DNA from: Spirochaetia bacterium
Lineage (GTDB): Bacteria; Spirochaetota; Spirochaetia; SZUA-6; Bin103
Assembly: GCA_965203515.1 (NCBI GenBank)
Contig: OZ241907.1
Span: 1,696,001 to 1,760,000 of the forward strand
Direction of reading: 5' to 3'
DNA: 64,000 bases
Below, in pieces: positions 39,660-50,285 of the stretch (position 1 is its first letter; each line of letters starts with the position of its first letter). The notes under the pieces were generated by a model, which saw only the letters and a program-made list of their open reading frames with translations, searched no databases and was not told the origin of the DNA. The position numbers were made by a program, and so were the translations under genes.

Positions 39660-40655
39660 TCAGCCGATCGGCTCGACCTCGACTACCTCGGAACGCTGGA
39701 AGGAGCGGACGCACGCCTCGATGACCAGTTGCGCCTGCAGCGCGTCGACGCCGGACGCGTCGATCCGCTCCGGCGGCACGCCCTGGTCGAGTTGATCGAC
39801 CCAGCGGCCGATGCGGCTGTCGAAGGTCTCGCCGAAGCCCAGCATCCCGCCCAGAAACTGATACGTCTCCGCCTCCTGGCTCTCCCGCGTGAAGAAGGTG
39901 AGGCGCTGGCACGCCTCCTCCAGCAGGAAGCGGCCCTTGGAGCCGGTCACGTCGCAGGTCTCCAGGCCGAAGCCGCCGCCGGCGTCGTAGCTGCCGGTGA
40001 GCGACCCGATCATGCCGCCGGCGAACTCCAGGACGATCTTGGCGTTCGACCAGATGGCGCGGCCCTCCCCCTGCATGAAGAACGCCGCCACCCGCCGCAC
40101 GTCGCCGGCGAAGTAGCGCATGACGTCGATCGAATGCGGGTGCAGCGCGCGGATGTGGAACCACGGCGAGGTCTCCACCGGGTTGTCGATCCACATGGTC
40201 ATGCCGATCATGTGCAGCGTCCCCAGCCGGCCCGACTCGACCCACTCCCTGGCGCGCTCGGCGGCCGGCGTGAAGCGGTGGTTGAGGTTGATGCCGTAGG
40301 GCAGTCCCTTGGACGCGGCCAGCTCGACCATCCTGCGCCCCTCGTCGATCCGGTTGGAGATCGGCTTCTCTCCCAGGACCGGGATGCCGGCTGCGAGCAG
40401 CTCCATGGTCGGGGCGAAGTGATCGCCGCCGTTCTCCTCACCCTTGGTGCAGACGCTGCACGCCGCCAGCTCGATGCCGCTGGCCAGCATGTCGGCGATC
40501 GACGTGAACGCCCGCGCGCCGTGCGCGTCCGCCAGTCGGGAAGCGCGCGCGGCGTCGACGTCGCAGACCGCCGCCACGTCGCTCTTGGGGTGCCTGGCGT
40601 ATGCTTGCGCGTGGCGGGTGCCGATGCCGCCTGCGCCGACGATTCCGATCTTCAT
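39660..40655 (-). CDS. Gfo/Idh/MocA oxidoreductase
   Basis: IVGAGGIG, EKP and HSID motifs. Confidence 0.9.
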   Translation of the reverse strand: MKIGIVGAGGIGTRHAQAYARHPKSDVAAVCDVDAARASRLADAHGARAFTSIADMLASGIELAACSVCTKGEENGGDHFAPTMELLAAGIPVLGEKPISNRIDEGRRMVELAASKGLPYGINLNHRFTPAAERAREWVESGRLGTLHMIGMTMWIDNPVETSPWFHIRALHPHSIDVMRYFAGDVRRVAAFFMQGEGRAIWSNAKIVLEFAGGMIGSLTGSYDAGGGFGLETCDVTGSKGRFLLEEACQRLTFFTRESQEAETYQFLGGMLGFGETFDSRIGRWVDQLDQGVPPERIDASGVDALQAQLVIEACVRSFQRSEVVEVEPIG

Positions 40656-40696
40656 GTCGCGCGGCAGCTTAGCACGGCGCCCGCCCGGGGGGTGAC

Positions 40697-41497
40697 GTGA
40701 ACCGAGCGTGCGGATACGTGATCGCGAACGACGGCGTGCGGCTCCACTACGACGAAGCCGGCGTCGGCAAGGCGGCGGTGCTCATCCACGGCGGCGGCCT
40801 GAGCAACGTATGGTGGGAGCGCAACCTGCCGGCGCTCAGCGGTCGGTTCCACGTGATCGCGCCCGACACGCGCGGCTGCGGGCGCTCGCAACGCACGCCC
40901 TGGGGCCATCGCACCGCCCGCTACGCGGCGGACGTGCGGGAGATCATCCACGCCCTGGGCCTGCACGACGTGACGCTGGTCGGCTGGTCGATCGGCGCGC
41001 GCACCTGCTACTCCTACCTGGAGCTGTTCGGCGCGCACCGGCTGCGCGGCGTGGTGCTGGTCGATGAGACCGTGCACGTCTCCGTCCACCGGCCTCCCCC
41101 GCCGGGTTCGGAGCGGCAGCCGGGCGAGAGCGACGGCGATTACCGGCGGCGCAAGATGCGGGCGCTGCTGGGCCCGGTCTACGGCCCGCAGGCGACCGGC
41201 CCGGAGATCGATCGGCTGGCGAACTCCGCCTCCGACTACGCGCCGGCCGGCCAGACGCTCGGCCCCGACTACCACGCGCAGGACTGGCGCCCGCTCTGCC
41301 CGGCGATCAGGGTTCCGGTGCTGGTGGCCGCCGGCCGGCACAGCGGCGCACTCCCCGGCTGCCGCTACGCGGCCGATCACATCCCCGGCGCCCGCCTGGA
41401 GATATTCGAGCACAGCGATCACGCGCCGTTCTACTCGGAGGCGGAGCGGTTCAACCGCGTCGTCGCCGATTTCGTGAACGATCCGCTCCCGGCGTAG
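40697..41497 (+). CDS. Alpha/beta hydrolase
   Basis: IHG, DTRGCGRS, GWSIG nucleophile elbow, SDHAP. Confidence 0.9.
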   Translation: MNRACGYVIANDGVRLHYDEAGVGKAAVLIHGGGLSNVWWERNLPALSGRFHVIAPDTRGCGRSQRTPWGHRTARYAADVREIIHALGLHDVTLVGWSIGARTCYSYLELFGAHRLRGVVLVDETVHVSVHRPPPPGSERQPGESDGDYRRRKMRALLGPVYGPQATGPEIDRLANSASDYAPAGQTLGPDYHAQDWRPLCPAIRVPVLVAAGRHSGALPGCRYAADHIPGARLEIFEHSDHAPFYSEAERFNRVVADFVNDPLPA

Positions 41498-41516
41498 CCG
41501 CTCTCCGGCGGCTACG
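41493..41516. terminator. Hairpin between convergent genes (CGTAGCCGC-TCTCCG-GCGGCTACG)
   Basis: 9-bp perfect stem at the hydrolase stop; no U-tract. Confidence 0.4.
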
Positions 41517-41572
41517 GGTCGGCGTGCGCCTGCGCATGGACGCTCGCCGGTTCGACGGCCGCTCCCGGGCGG

Positions 41573-42901
<1,329 letters not shown>

Positions 42902-42979
42902 CAGCTACCTCCGATCAGAGAATCGTCACGGACGGTACCGCCCCGCAGGCTTGCGCTCAAGGTCACCCCGATATATCCC

Positions 42980-44866
42980 ATGCCAACCGATCCGCCGCCC
43001 TACGGAGTCGTCAACGCCCGCAACTGCGGGATGACCGCGCGCGACGGCGCGTGGCTGGCCACCGACGTGTGGCGGCCGGCGCGCGATGGCGAGCCGCTGC
43101 CCGGCCCGTTTCCCGCCATCCTGCTGCGCACGCCGTACGACCGCGCGCGCCCCACGGTCCAGGAGACGGGCGAGTTCTTCGCCGGCCGCGGCTACCTGGC
43201 CGCGATCCAGGACTGCCGCGGGCGCTACGGCTCGGAAGGCGAGTTCGTCCTGTTGGCGAACGAGGGCCCCGACGGCTACGACGCGATCGAGTGGCTGGCA
43301 TCCTTGCCGTACTGCGACGGCAACGTCGGCACCTACGGCACCTCCTACCTGGCCTGGGTACAGAACGCCGCGGCGATCGAGCGGCCGCCGCACCTCAAGG
43401 CGATGTGGGTCAACCAGGGCGGCGCCAACGGCAACACCGCCACGCTGCGCCACAACGGCGCGCTGGAGCTGCGCTGGCTGACCTGGGCGGTCACCTTTGG
43501 CACGGTGTCGTGCGAGGCGCAACGCGATCCGGCGCTGCAGGCCGACCTGACCCGCGCCGGCGAGCGGATGTACGAATGGCTGACGCGGCTGCCGTGGCGG
43601 GGCCGCGACTCGCCGCTGGCCGGCCTGCCGGTATACGAGCGCTGGGCGCGCGACCTCTACGAGCACGGCGATGCCGACGAGTTCTGGCAGCAGTCCGGCC
43701 TCAACTTCGCCGCCCACTACGATCGCACCGCCGACGTGCCGACCATGTACGCCGGCTCCTGGTACGACTCCTATACGCGCGCCACGGTGGAGAACTACCA
43801 GGCGCTGAGCGCGCGTCTGGCCGAGCAGTCGCTGCTGGTGGGGGCATGGACCCACGGCGACGCCACCATGGATACCTGCGTGGCGGGCGACGTCGACCTG
43901 GGGCCGGGCCTGCCGGTAGCGGGCAACCTGGCGGCCGATCACCGGCACCTGGTACTGCGCTGGTTCGACCGCCACCTGCGCGGCCGGACCGACGGCGCCC
44001 AAGCCGACCCGCCGGTGCGCCTGTTCGTCATGGGCGGCGGCTCCGGCGGCCGCAGCGCCGAGGGGCGGCTGCAGCACGGCGGGCGCTGGCGCGCCGAGCG
44101 CGCGTGGCCCCTGGCGCGGGCGGTCGCCACGCCCTTCTTTCTGGCGGCCGACGGCCGGCTCGCAGCCGGTCCGCCGTCTGCGCCCGCCGCGCTGTCGGCG
44201 CGCTTCGATCCGGCCGATCCGCTGCCGACCATCTCGGCCAACACCTCCTCCCTCAACGAGATCCTGCCGGCGCCGGAACGCTTTGCGCCGGACGCCCCGA
44301 ACGCCCTGACGCGGGTGATGGTCGTGCAGGGCGGCGCCGATCAGCGGACGCGGCCCGACCTGCACGGGTGCGCGCCGCCGTATGCGCCGCTGGAGTCCCG
44401 GCCGGACGTCCTGCTGTTCGCCACCGAACCGCTCGACGAGCCGCTCGAAGTGACCGGACCGATCGCCGCGACCCTCTACCTCTCCTCCGACGCGCCGGAT
44501 ACCGACCTGTTCGTGATGCTGCAGGACTACTATCCGCCGAGCGCCGCGTGGCCGGACGGCTATCGGCTCAACGTCGCCGACGGCATCATGCGCGTGCGCT
44601 ACCGCGACGGCATGGACCGGCCGCAGCCGATGGAGCCGGGCCGGGTCTACCGCGTCGTCGTGCCGCTCTACCCCACCAGCAACCTGTTCGCCGCCGGCCA
44701 CCGGCTGCGGCTGCTGGTCAGCTTCTCGTCGTTCCCGCGGTTCGACGTCAACCCCAACACCGGCCAGCCGATCGGCCGCCATACGCGCACGCAGACGGCG
44801 ACCAACACGATCCACCTGTCGCCGGAGCACCCGTCCGCGGTCGAGCTTCCGGTGGTTCCGACGTGA
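42980..44866 (+). CDS. CocE/NonD family hydrolase
   Basis: RTPY, QDCRGRYGSEG, GTSY, GSWYD and SSFPRFDVNPNTG motifs. Confidence 0.93.
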   Translation: MPTDPPPYGVVNARNCGMTARDGAWLATDVWRPARDGEPLPGPFPAILLRTPYDRARPTVQETGEFFAGRGYLAAIQDCRGRYGSEGEFVLLANEGPDGYDAIEWLASLPYCDGNVGTYGTSYLAWVQNAAAIERPPHLKAMWVNQGGANGNTATLRHNGALELRWLTWAVTFGTVSCEAQRDPALQADLTRAGERMYEWLTRLPWRGRDSPLAGLPVYERWARDLYEHGDADEFWQQSGLNFAAHYDRTADVPTMYAGSWYDSYTRATVENYQALSARLAEQSLLVGAWTHGDATMDTCVAGDVDLGPGLPVAGNLAADHRHLVLRWFDRHLRGRTDGAQADPPVRLFVMGGGSGGRSAEGRLQHGGRWRAERAWPLARAVATPFFLAADGRLAAGPPSAPAALSARFDPADPLPTISANTSSLNEILPAPERFAPDAPNALTRVMVVQGGADQRTRPDLHGCAPPYAPLESRPDVLLFATEPLDEPLEVTGPIAATLYLSSDAPDTDLFVMLQDYYPPSAAWPDGYRLNVADGIMRVRYRDGMDRPQPMEPGRVYRVVVPLYPTSNLFAAGHRLRLLVSFSSFPRFDVNPNTGQPIGRHTRTQTATNTIHLSPEHPSAVELPVVPT

Positions 44867-46047
44867 GCCTGCGGGTCGGGCTGGTCGGCGCGCGCTTCGC
44901 CGCCAACTTCCACGCCGACTGCTACCGCGGGCTCGGTCCGGGAGCGGTCACGGTCGCCGGCGTCTACTCGCCCACCGCCGCGCGCCGCGATGCCTTCGCC
45001 GAGCGCCACGGCGTGGCGGCGTGCTCGTCGCTCGACCACCTGCTGGACGTCTCCGACGTGATCGACGTGTGCGCGCCGCCGTACGCCCACGAACCCTGCG
45101 TCGTCGCCGCGGCGGCGGCCGGCAAGCACGTGATCGTCGAGAAGCCGTTCACGGGCGCCTTCGGGCCGGACGGCGATCCCGACTGGCGAGGCGACCGCGC
45201 CTCCAAGGCCGAGCTCCTGGCGGAGGCGATGGCCAGCGCGGATCGCATGCGGCAGGCGGTCGAGCAGGCCGGGATCACGCTCTGCTACGCCGAAAACTGG
45301 GTCTACGCTCCGTCCATACGGAAGGAGGTCGAAGTCATCGTCAAGACGCAGGCGCGCATCCTGTGGATACACGGCGAGGAGTCCCATTCCGGCTCGCACT
45401 CCCCGGTCTACGGCATCTGGGCCAGGACCGGCGGCGGCTCCCTGGTCGGCAAGGGGTGCCATCCGCTCACCGCGGCGCTCTACCTGAAGCGGGTGCAGGG
45501 CCAGGCGACCGACGGCGCCCCGGTGCGCCCGCGCGCGGTGAGCGCCCGCGTGCACCGCCTGACGGCGGCGGCCGGCTTTCGCGACCTCGGCTGGCTGCGT
45601 ACCGACTACCGGGACGTGGAGGACTACTGCCAGGTGCACGTGGTCTTCGACGACGGCACCGTAGCCGACGTCCACTCCACGGAGATCGTCATGGGCGGGG
45701 TGCACAACTGGCTGGAGGTCTACGCGAACAACCACCGCATGCGCTGCAACGTCAATCCCACCGACGCCAACATCCTGTACAACCCGGAGGAACGGCAGCT
45801 CGACGACGTGTACGTCGTCGAAAAGATCGGCACCAAGCAGGGCTGGTCGTTTCCCGCCCCGGACGAGGATTGGGCGACCGGCTACCGCCAGGAGCTGGCG
45901 GACTTCCTTGCCGCGATCCGCGACCGCCGCGAACCGGCGAGCGGTCTGCCGCTCGCGCTCGATACGACCGCGGTGCTGTACGCGGCGTACCTGTCGGCCG
46001 AGCGCGACGGCCGGGAAGTCGCCGTCCCGCGTCTGACGGAAGGCTGA
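44863..46047 (+). CDS. Gfo/Idh/MocA oxidoreductase
   Basis: VGLVGARFAA, EKP and GCHP motifs. GTG 44863 overlaps the upstream stop. Confidence 0.88.
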   Translation: MSLRVGLVGARFAANFHADCYRGLGPGAVTVAGVYSPTAARRDAFAERHGVAACSSLDHLLDVSDVIDVCAPPYAHEPCVVAAAAAGKHVIVEKPFTGAFGPDGDPDWRGDRASKAELLAEAMASADRMRQAVEQAGITLCYAENWVYAPSIRKEVEVIVKTQARILWIHGEESHSGSHSPVYGIWARTGGGSLVGKGCHPLTAALYLKRVQGQATDGAPVRPRAVSARVHRLTAAAGFRDLGWLRTDYRDVEDYCQVHVVFDDGTVADVHSTEIVMGGVHNWLEVYANNHRMRCNVNPTDANILYNPEERQLDDVYVVEKIGTKQGWSFPAPDEDWATGYRQELADFLAAIRDRREPASGLPLALDTTAVLYAAYLSAERDGREVAVPRLTEG

Positions 46048-46064
46048 GCGAAGGCAGGCGACGG

Positions 46065-46790
46065 ATGGCAGGCGAGCTCCGCATCGGCCGCGACCGCGTC
46101 GTGGTCCTGGCCAAGACCGGCCGGCAGGCGAGCTGGCACCGGCTGGCGGCCGACCGGCGCCGCGCGGCCGAACGGGAGCACGTCGATCTGATGCTGTCGA
46201 TCGCGGCCCGGCACCGTCTGCGGCGACTGGAAGGCTATCGGCTGATCGGACTGCAGGGCCGTTGGGAGCGGTTCTGGGTGATCGAGTTCCCCGACCTGGA
46301 CGGCGCCGAGGCGTGGATCGAGGCGGAAATGGCGCCGCCGTACGGGGCGTACGGATTCTATGAATATCATCTGACCCGGCCGCTGGCGCCGGAAGTCCTG
46401 GCCGGCTGGCTGCCGGGGCCGCCGCGGGAGATCGAACCGCAGGCAGCCGATCCGAGGGCGATTCCCGCGCTCGCCGCCGACCGTTCCAGCGTGGCCGTGC
46501 TGCAGTTCTCGCGGACCGCCGCGGCAGCCGGTCACGCCGATGCCGAGCGCACCGAGGACCTGCGGCGGATCGCCCGCGAGCGCGGGATGCTGAGCCTGGA
46601 GTGCTTCCAGCTCATCGACCCGATCCCGGCCTGGCACCGCGTCTGGATAGGCGAGTTTCCGGACTTGGCCGGCGCCGAGGCATGGATCGACGCCGAGGCG
46701 GCGCCGGCGCGCGCCGCGCATGCCGAACGCGCCTCGTATCTGGCGCGCCGCTGGGCGCCGGCCTACTTCGCCTCCTGGCGCCGTCCTTGA
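46065..46790 (+). CDS. Hypothetical protein with two internal repeats (dimeric alpha/beta-barrel-like)
   Basis: WERFWVIEFPDLDGAEAWIEAE and WHRVWIGEFPDLAGAEAWIDAE. Confidence 0.7.
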   Translation: MAGELRIGRDRVVVLAKTGRQASWHRLAADRRRAAEREHVDLMLSIAARHRLRRLEGYRLIGLQGRWERFWVIEFPDLDGAEAWIEAEMAPPYGAYGFYEYHLTRPLAPEVLAGWLPGPPREIEPQAADPRAIPALAADRSSVAVLQFSRTAAAAGHADAERTEDLRRIARERGMLSLECFQLIDPIPAWHRVWIGEFPDLAGAEAWIDAEAAPARAAHAERASYLARRWAPAYFASWRRP

Positions 46791-46833
46791 CGGCCCGTCC
46801 GTAAAAACGGCGAGCAGGCGGCAGAACCGATCC

Positions 46834-47595
46834 ATGCTGCTCGGACAGCCGCTGCCGGCGGTGGCGGCGGCGGCGGCGATCGTGGCCGCCGCGTCGGCTC
46901 TGCAGGCCACCATCGGCTTCGGTCTGGCGCTGCTGGCCATCCCCTTGCTGCACCTGAGCGGCTTCGCGCCGCCGGAGGCGATCGCCGTCTCCAGCTCGGC
47001 CATGCTGGTGCAGATGGCCAACGGGGTAGTGCGGCTGCGCGCCTGGGTACGGCCGCAGGAGCTGCTGTGGCCGCTGGCGGTCGTCATGGCGGCGCTGGCG
47101 GCCGGCGTGCTGGCGCTGCGCGCGGTGGTCGCCGTCCGGCCCGATCTGGCCCGGCAGGCCGCCGGCGCCGTGGTGCTGATCGCGCTGCTGGCGCTGGCGC
47201 TCCGCCGGCCGCCGCCGCGGCAGCGGGTGGCGGCGCCGTGGACGGTGCTGGCGATGGGCGCCTCCGGGCTGCTGGCCGGCTCGACCGGCATGGGCGGCGT
47301 GCCGCTGGCGCTCTGGACCTACGCGCACCGGTGGCCGCCGGAGCGCATCCGCGCCACGATCTGGGCTATCGCGCTGCCGGCCACCGCCATGCTGCTGGCG
47401 CTGCTGGCGGTCACCTTTGGCGCCGGCGTGGTCCGCGCGCTGGCGCTGGCGGCGCTGTTGTCTCCGTGCGCGCTGGCCGGATCGAACGCCGGACTCGCCC
47501 TGGCGCGGCGCCTGTCGGTGGCGCGTCTGCGGGCGGCCGCCTTCGCGGCGCTGGCCGTACTCGGCGTGAGCGCGGTCATCCGCCCGCTGCTGTAA
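46834..47595 (+). CDS. TauE/SafE (TSUP) family membrane protein
   Basis: IGFGLAL and GSTGMGGVP motifs; highly hydrophobic. Confidence 0.85.
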   Translation: MLLGQPLPAVAAAAAIVAAASALQATIGFGLALLAIPLLHLSGFAPPEAIAVSSSAMLVQMANGVVRLRAWVRPQELLWPLAVVMAALAAGVLALRAVVAVRPDLARQAAGAVVLIALLALALRRPPPRQRVAAPWTVLAMGASGLLAGSTGMGGVPLALWTYAHRWPPERIRATIWAIALPATAMLLALLAVTFGAGVVRALALAALLSPCALAGSNAGLALARRLSVARLRAAAFAALAVLGVSAVIRPLL

Positions 47596-47596
47596 G

Positions 47597-47632
47597 GTAT
47601 CGCCGGAGATACGCAGCGTATCGCCGGAGATA
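47597..47632. promoter_or_regulatory. Two tandem near-palindromes (GTATCGCCGGAGATA x2, 21-bp period); putative enhancer (UAS)
   Basis: Identical 15-mers at 47597 and 47618, upstream of a sigma54 promoter. Confidence 0.65.
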
Positions 47633-47684
47633 GGGCGGTGCGCCCCGCAGCCCGCGCGCGGACTCGTCAGGCGCCCGGAATCGG

Positions 47685-47699
47685 TGGCACGGATTGTGC
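47685..47699 (+). promoter_or_regulatory. sigma54 promoter TGGCACGGATTGTGC
   Basis: GG-N10-GC; AGGAGG RBS at 47713-47718 and ATG 47726 follow. Confidence 0.78.
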
Positions 47700-47725
47700 C
47701 TGAAACATCGACAGGAGGATTCCAC

Positions 47726-48601
47726 ATGCACAAATCACTGATCGCGACCGTACTCGGCGTCATGATCGTCGCCGGCGCCGCCGCCAACGACGACGACGAC
47801 AACGACGAGGTGTCGACCGTCGATGTCCTGGCGGTGCTCGAAGAGATCAACCAGAAGCTCGATCACGACCGGTCGTTCGACTCTGACGGAGCGCCGGACT
47901 CCGGCTTCGGCGGCGGCCCGTGGATGCCGGTGCGCTACCTGCCCGCCATCGCCGACCTCAACGCCTACTTCAAGAAGCTCGGTTCGTACGCTCCCATGAA
48001 CCCGTTCTTCTTCCCGTTCAAGGACGGCGGCGCCGGCACCTGGCGATGGAGCCTCGACCGCAGCCTGCAGATCGGCATGGAGTACGGGGGGTTCGGCCAG
48101 GACGTCCTGGGCTTCGCCACGCATGCGAGCGATCCTCTGGGACCGCGCGACACCGTCGATGCGGACGGCGACGGCTACGACGACTACCACAGCTACGCCG
48201 GATACGGGCAGCACTACTTCGCCGGCATCTTCCAGTACAAGGTGCCGATAGCGCCCCGGCTGCTCTATTTGGCGACCGGTATCAAGACCGGCCTGGCGTT
48301 CGAGTCGCTGCGGTACGGCATGGACCGCCGCCAAGTGCTCACCGACACGCTCGGCATCACGTCCGGCGGCAACTCCTGGAAGCGGACCAGCCTGCTGGGC
48401 GGCGTGTACGCCGGGCTGCAGATCCGCCTGGACGGCGATCTCAACGTATTCAAGCTGGGGATCGAGGCCGGCGTGACCGGACACTACGCCATAAGCGCCT
48501 GGGCGCCGGCCACCGGCGTCCACAAACGCACGCCCGCTCCCCCCGACGCCATGCAGGCGCACAACTTCTGGGTGGCGATCGGCCCTCAGTTTCACTACTG
48601 A
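47726..48601 (+). CDS. Exported protein, probable outer-membrane beta-barrel
   Basis: Signal peptide, alternating aromatic/Gly strands, terminal VAIGPQFHY, DADGDGYDD loop. Confidence 0.65.
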   Translation: MHKSLIATVLGVMIVAGAAANDDDDNDEVSTVDVLAVLEEINQKLDHDRSFDSDGAPDSGFGGGPWMPVRYLPAIADLNAYFKKLGSYAPMNPFFFPFKDGGAGTWRWSLDRSLQIGMEYGGFGQDVLGFATHASDPLGPRDTVDADGDGYDDYHSYAGYGQHYFAGIFQYKVPIAPRLLYLATGIKTGLAFESLRYGMDRRQVLTDTLGITSGGNSWKRTSLLGGVYAGLQIRLDGDLNVFKLGIEAGVTGHYAISAWAPATGVHKRTPAPPDAMQAHNFWVAIGPQFHY

Positions 48602-48617
48602 GTCCGCCGTCTGAGGG

Positions 48618-49130
48618 ATGGACCTGGGATCGCTGCTCGACGGGCTGCTCCGGTCCACGGCGGTCGCGCTGGGCCTGATCGGCGTGGTCGAGATCGGCCT
48701 GGACCGGCCGGAGGTCCAAACCGACCGTTCCGGGGCGATCACCATCACCGTGCATCTGCACGGCCACGTGACCGATCAGGTCCGCGATCTGATTCAGAGC
48801 TCGGCGCGGGTGGCGATCGATTTCGAGCTCCGGTACTTTCCTCGCACGGGCCGGAAGCTCCGGCTGGTCAGCCGCAATCTGATCCGGTTCCACAGCCTGA
48901 CCGGCCGCTACGAAGTGCGCCGCGGCGATGAGACGGCATCGGTCGCTTCCCTGGAGGAGGCGGCGGAGCTGCTCGGCTCGGCAACGGTGAAGATCGGGCC
49001 GGTCGGCCCGGGGCTCGCGGTCATCAAGGCGCGCGCCTCGCTCCCCGACGTTCACGCCGGAGACATGCCCGGCGCACTGTGGTCCGGGGCCGTGCCGAGC
49101 ACGTCGGCGTTGATCCCCGCGGACCCATGA
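48618..49130 (+). CDS. Hypothetical exported protein (DUF4390-like)
   Basis: IRFHSLTGRYEV...SLEEA pattern; precedes an HK-RR pair. Confidence 0.5.
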   Translation: MDLGSLLDGLLRSTAVALGLIGVVEIGLDRPEVQTDRSGAITITVHLHGHVTDQVRDLIQSSARVAIDFELRYFPRTGRKLRLVSRNLIRFHSLTGRYEVRRGDETASVASLEEAAELLGSATVKIGPVGPGLAVIKARASLPDVHAGDMPGALWSGAVPSTSALIPADP

Positions 49131-50275
49131 GAGGCTATGCGGTTGCGCTGATCGCCCTTACCCTGGCCGCGGTCGCCGCCGTCACCCTGGCGGCGATCGG
49201 ATCGATCGGGCGGCTCTCCGACCCGGCCGACGCGGTGCGGGCCGCCGCTCACCTGCAGGAGGCGCGCGGCGCGGTGCGCAACGCCTACGCCGCCGAATCG
49301 GCGCCGGCCGCGCGGGCGCTGCTCGAGGAGGCGGCGCAGCAGCTCGACACGGCCGGCGGGCTGCTCGCCGGAGCCGAGGTCGTGCAGGCTGCGGTCAGCC
49401 GCACCGTCCTGGTGACCGTCTTCGCCGCGGCGCTGCTGGGGCTCCTTGCCGGCGCGCTCCTGTGGTTCGGTTCGTTCCGGTGGGTGATCGCACCCCTGTC
49501 CGGTCTGGCCGACCGCATGCAGCGACTGACCGACGCGCCCGCGCCGGTCGAGGTGACGGCTCGCGGGCCTCGGGAGATACGCGCGCTGCAGCGCGCCTTC
49601 AACCGCCTGGTCACCGCGCTGCGCGACTACCGGGAACGGATCACGGCGATGGAACGCGCCCACATAGGCCGCTTCCTCACGCACCAGTTCCGTAACTCCC
49701 TCACCCCGATCCGCCTGGCCGCCGACGAACTGGCGCGGGCGCCGGCCGCCGATACCCGGTCGATCGCCGACCTGCTGAGCGGGGAGGCGGCCCGGATGGA
49801 GGAGATACTGCAACGGTTCGGCACGCTCTACCGTTTTCCCGAGCCGGAACCGGCCGATCTCGACATCGCCCTGTTGGCGCGGCGCGTGGCGGCCGGCTAT
49901 CCCGGTATCCGGGTGGAGGTACCCGGGCATACGGTGCTGGTGCATGCCGATCGCACCCTGATAGAGCAGGCGCTGACCAACCTCATCCGCAACGCCATCG
50001 ACGCCACGGAAGGGGGCGATTACGGTTCCGTCACCGTCCGGGTAACCGACCGGCCGGCGGTGATCGGCGTCCGCGACCGCGGTGCCGGGATGACGCCGGA
50101 ACAGCGGAATCGCGCCTTCGACGACTACTTCACCACCAAGGAGAACGGCATGGGCGTGGGCCTCAGCTTCGTGCGGAAGGTAGCCGCCGCGCACCGTATC
50201 CGGCTGACGATGCGGTCCCGCCCCGGCCAGGGCACGACCGTCGAGCTGGCATTCCCGGCAACCGGCCGCCCATGA
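49127..50275 (+). CDS. HAMP-domain sensor histidine kinase (NtrY-like)
   Basis: Two TM segments, HAMP, HQFRNSLTPI, NLIRNA and GMGVGL. Confidence 0.9.
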   Translation: MRGYAVALIALTLAAVAAVTLAAIGSIGRLSDPADAVRAAAHLQEARGAVRNAYAAESAPAARALLEEAAQQLDTAGGLLAGAEVVQAAVSRTVLVTVFAAALLGLLAGALLWFGSFRWVIAPLSGLADRMQRLTDAPAPVEVTARGPREIRALQRAFNRLVTALRDYRERITAMERAHIGRFLTHQFRNSLTPIRLAADELARAPAADTRSIADLLSGEAARMEEILQRFGTLYRFPEPEPADLDIALLARRVAAGYPGIRVEVPGHTVLVHADRTLIEQALTNLIRNAIDATEGGDYGSVTVRVTDRPAVIGVRDRGAGMTPEQRNRAFDDYFTTKENGMGVGLSFVRKVAAAHRIRLTMRSRPGQGTTVELAFPATGRP

Positions 50276-50285
50276 AGACCCGCCC

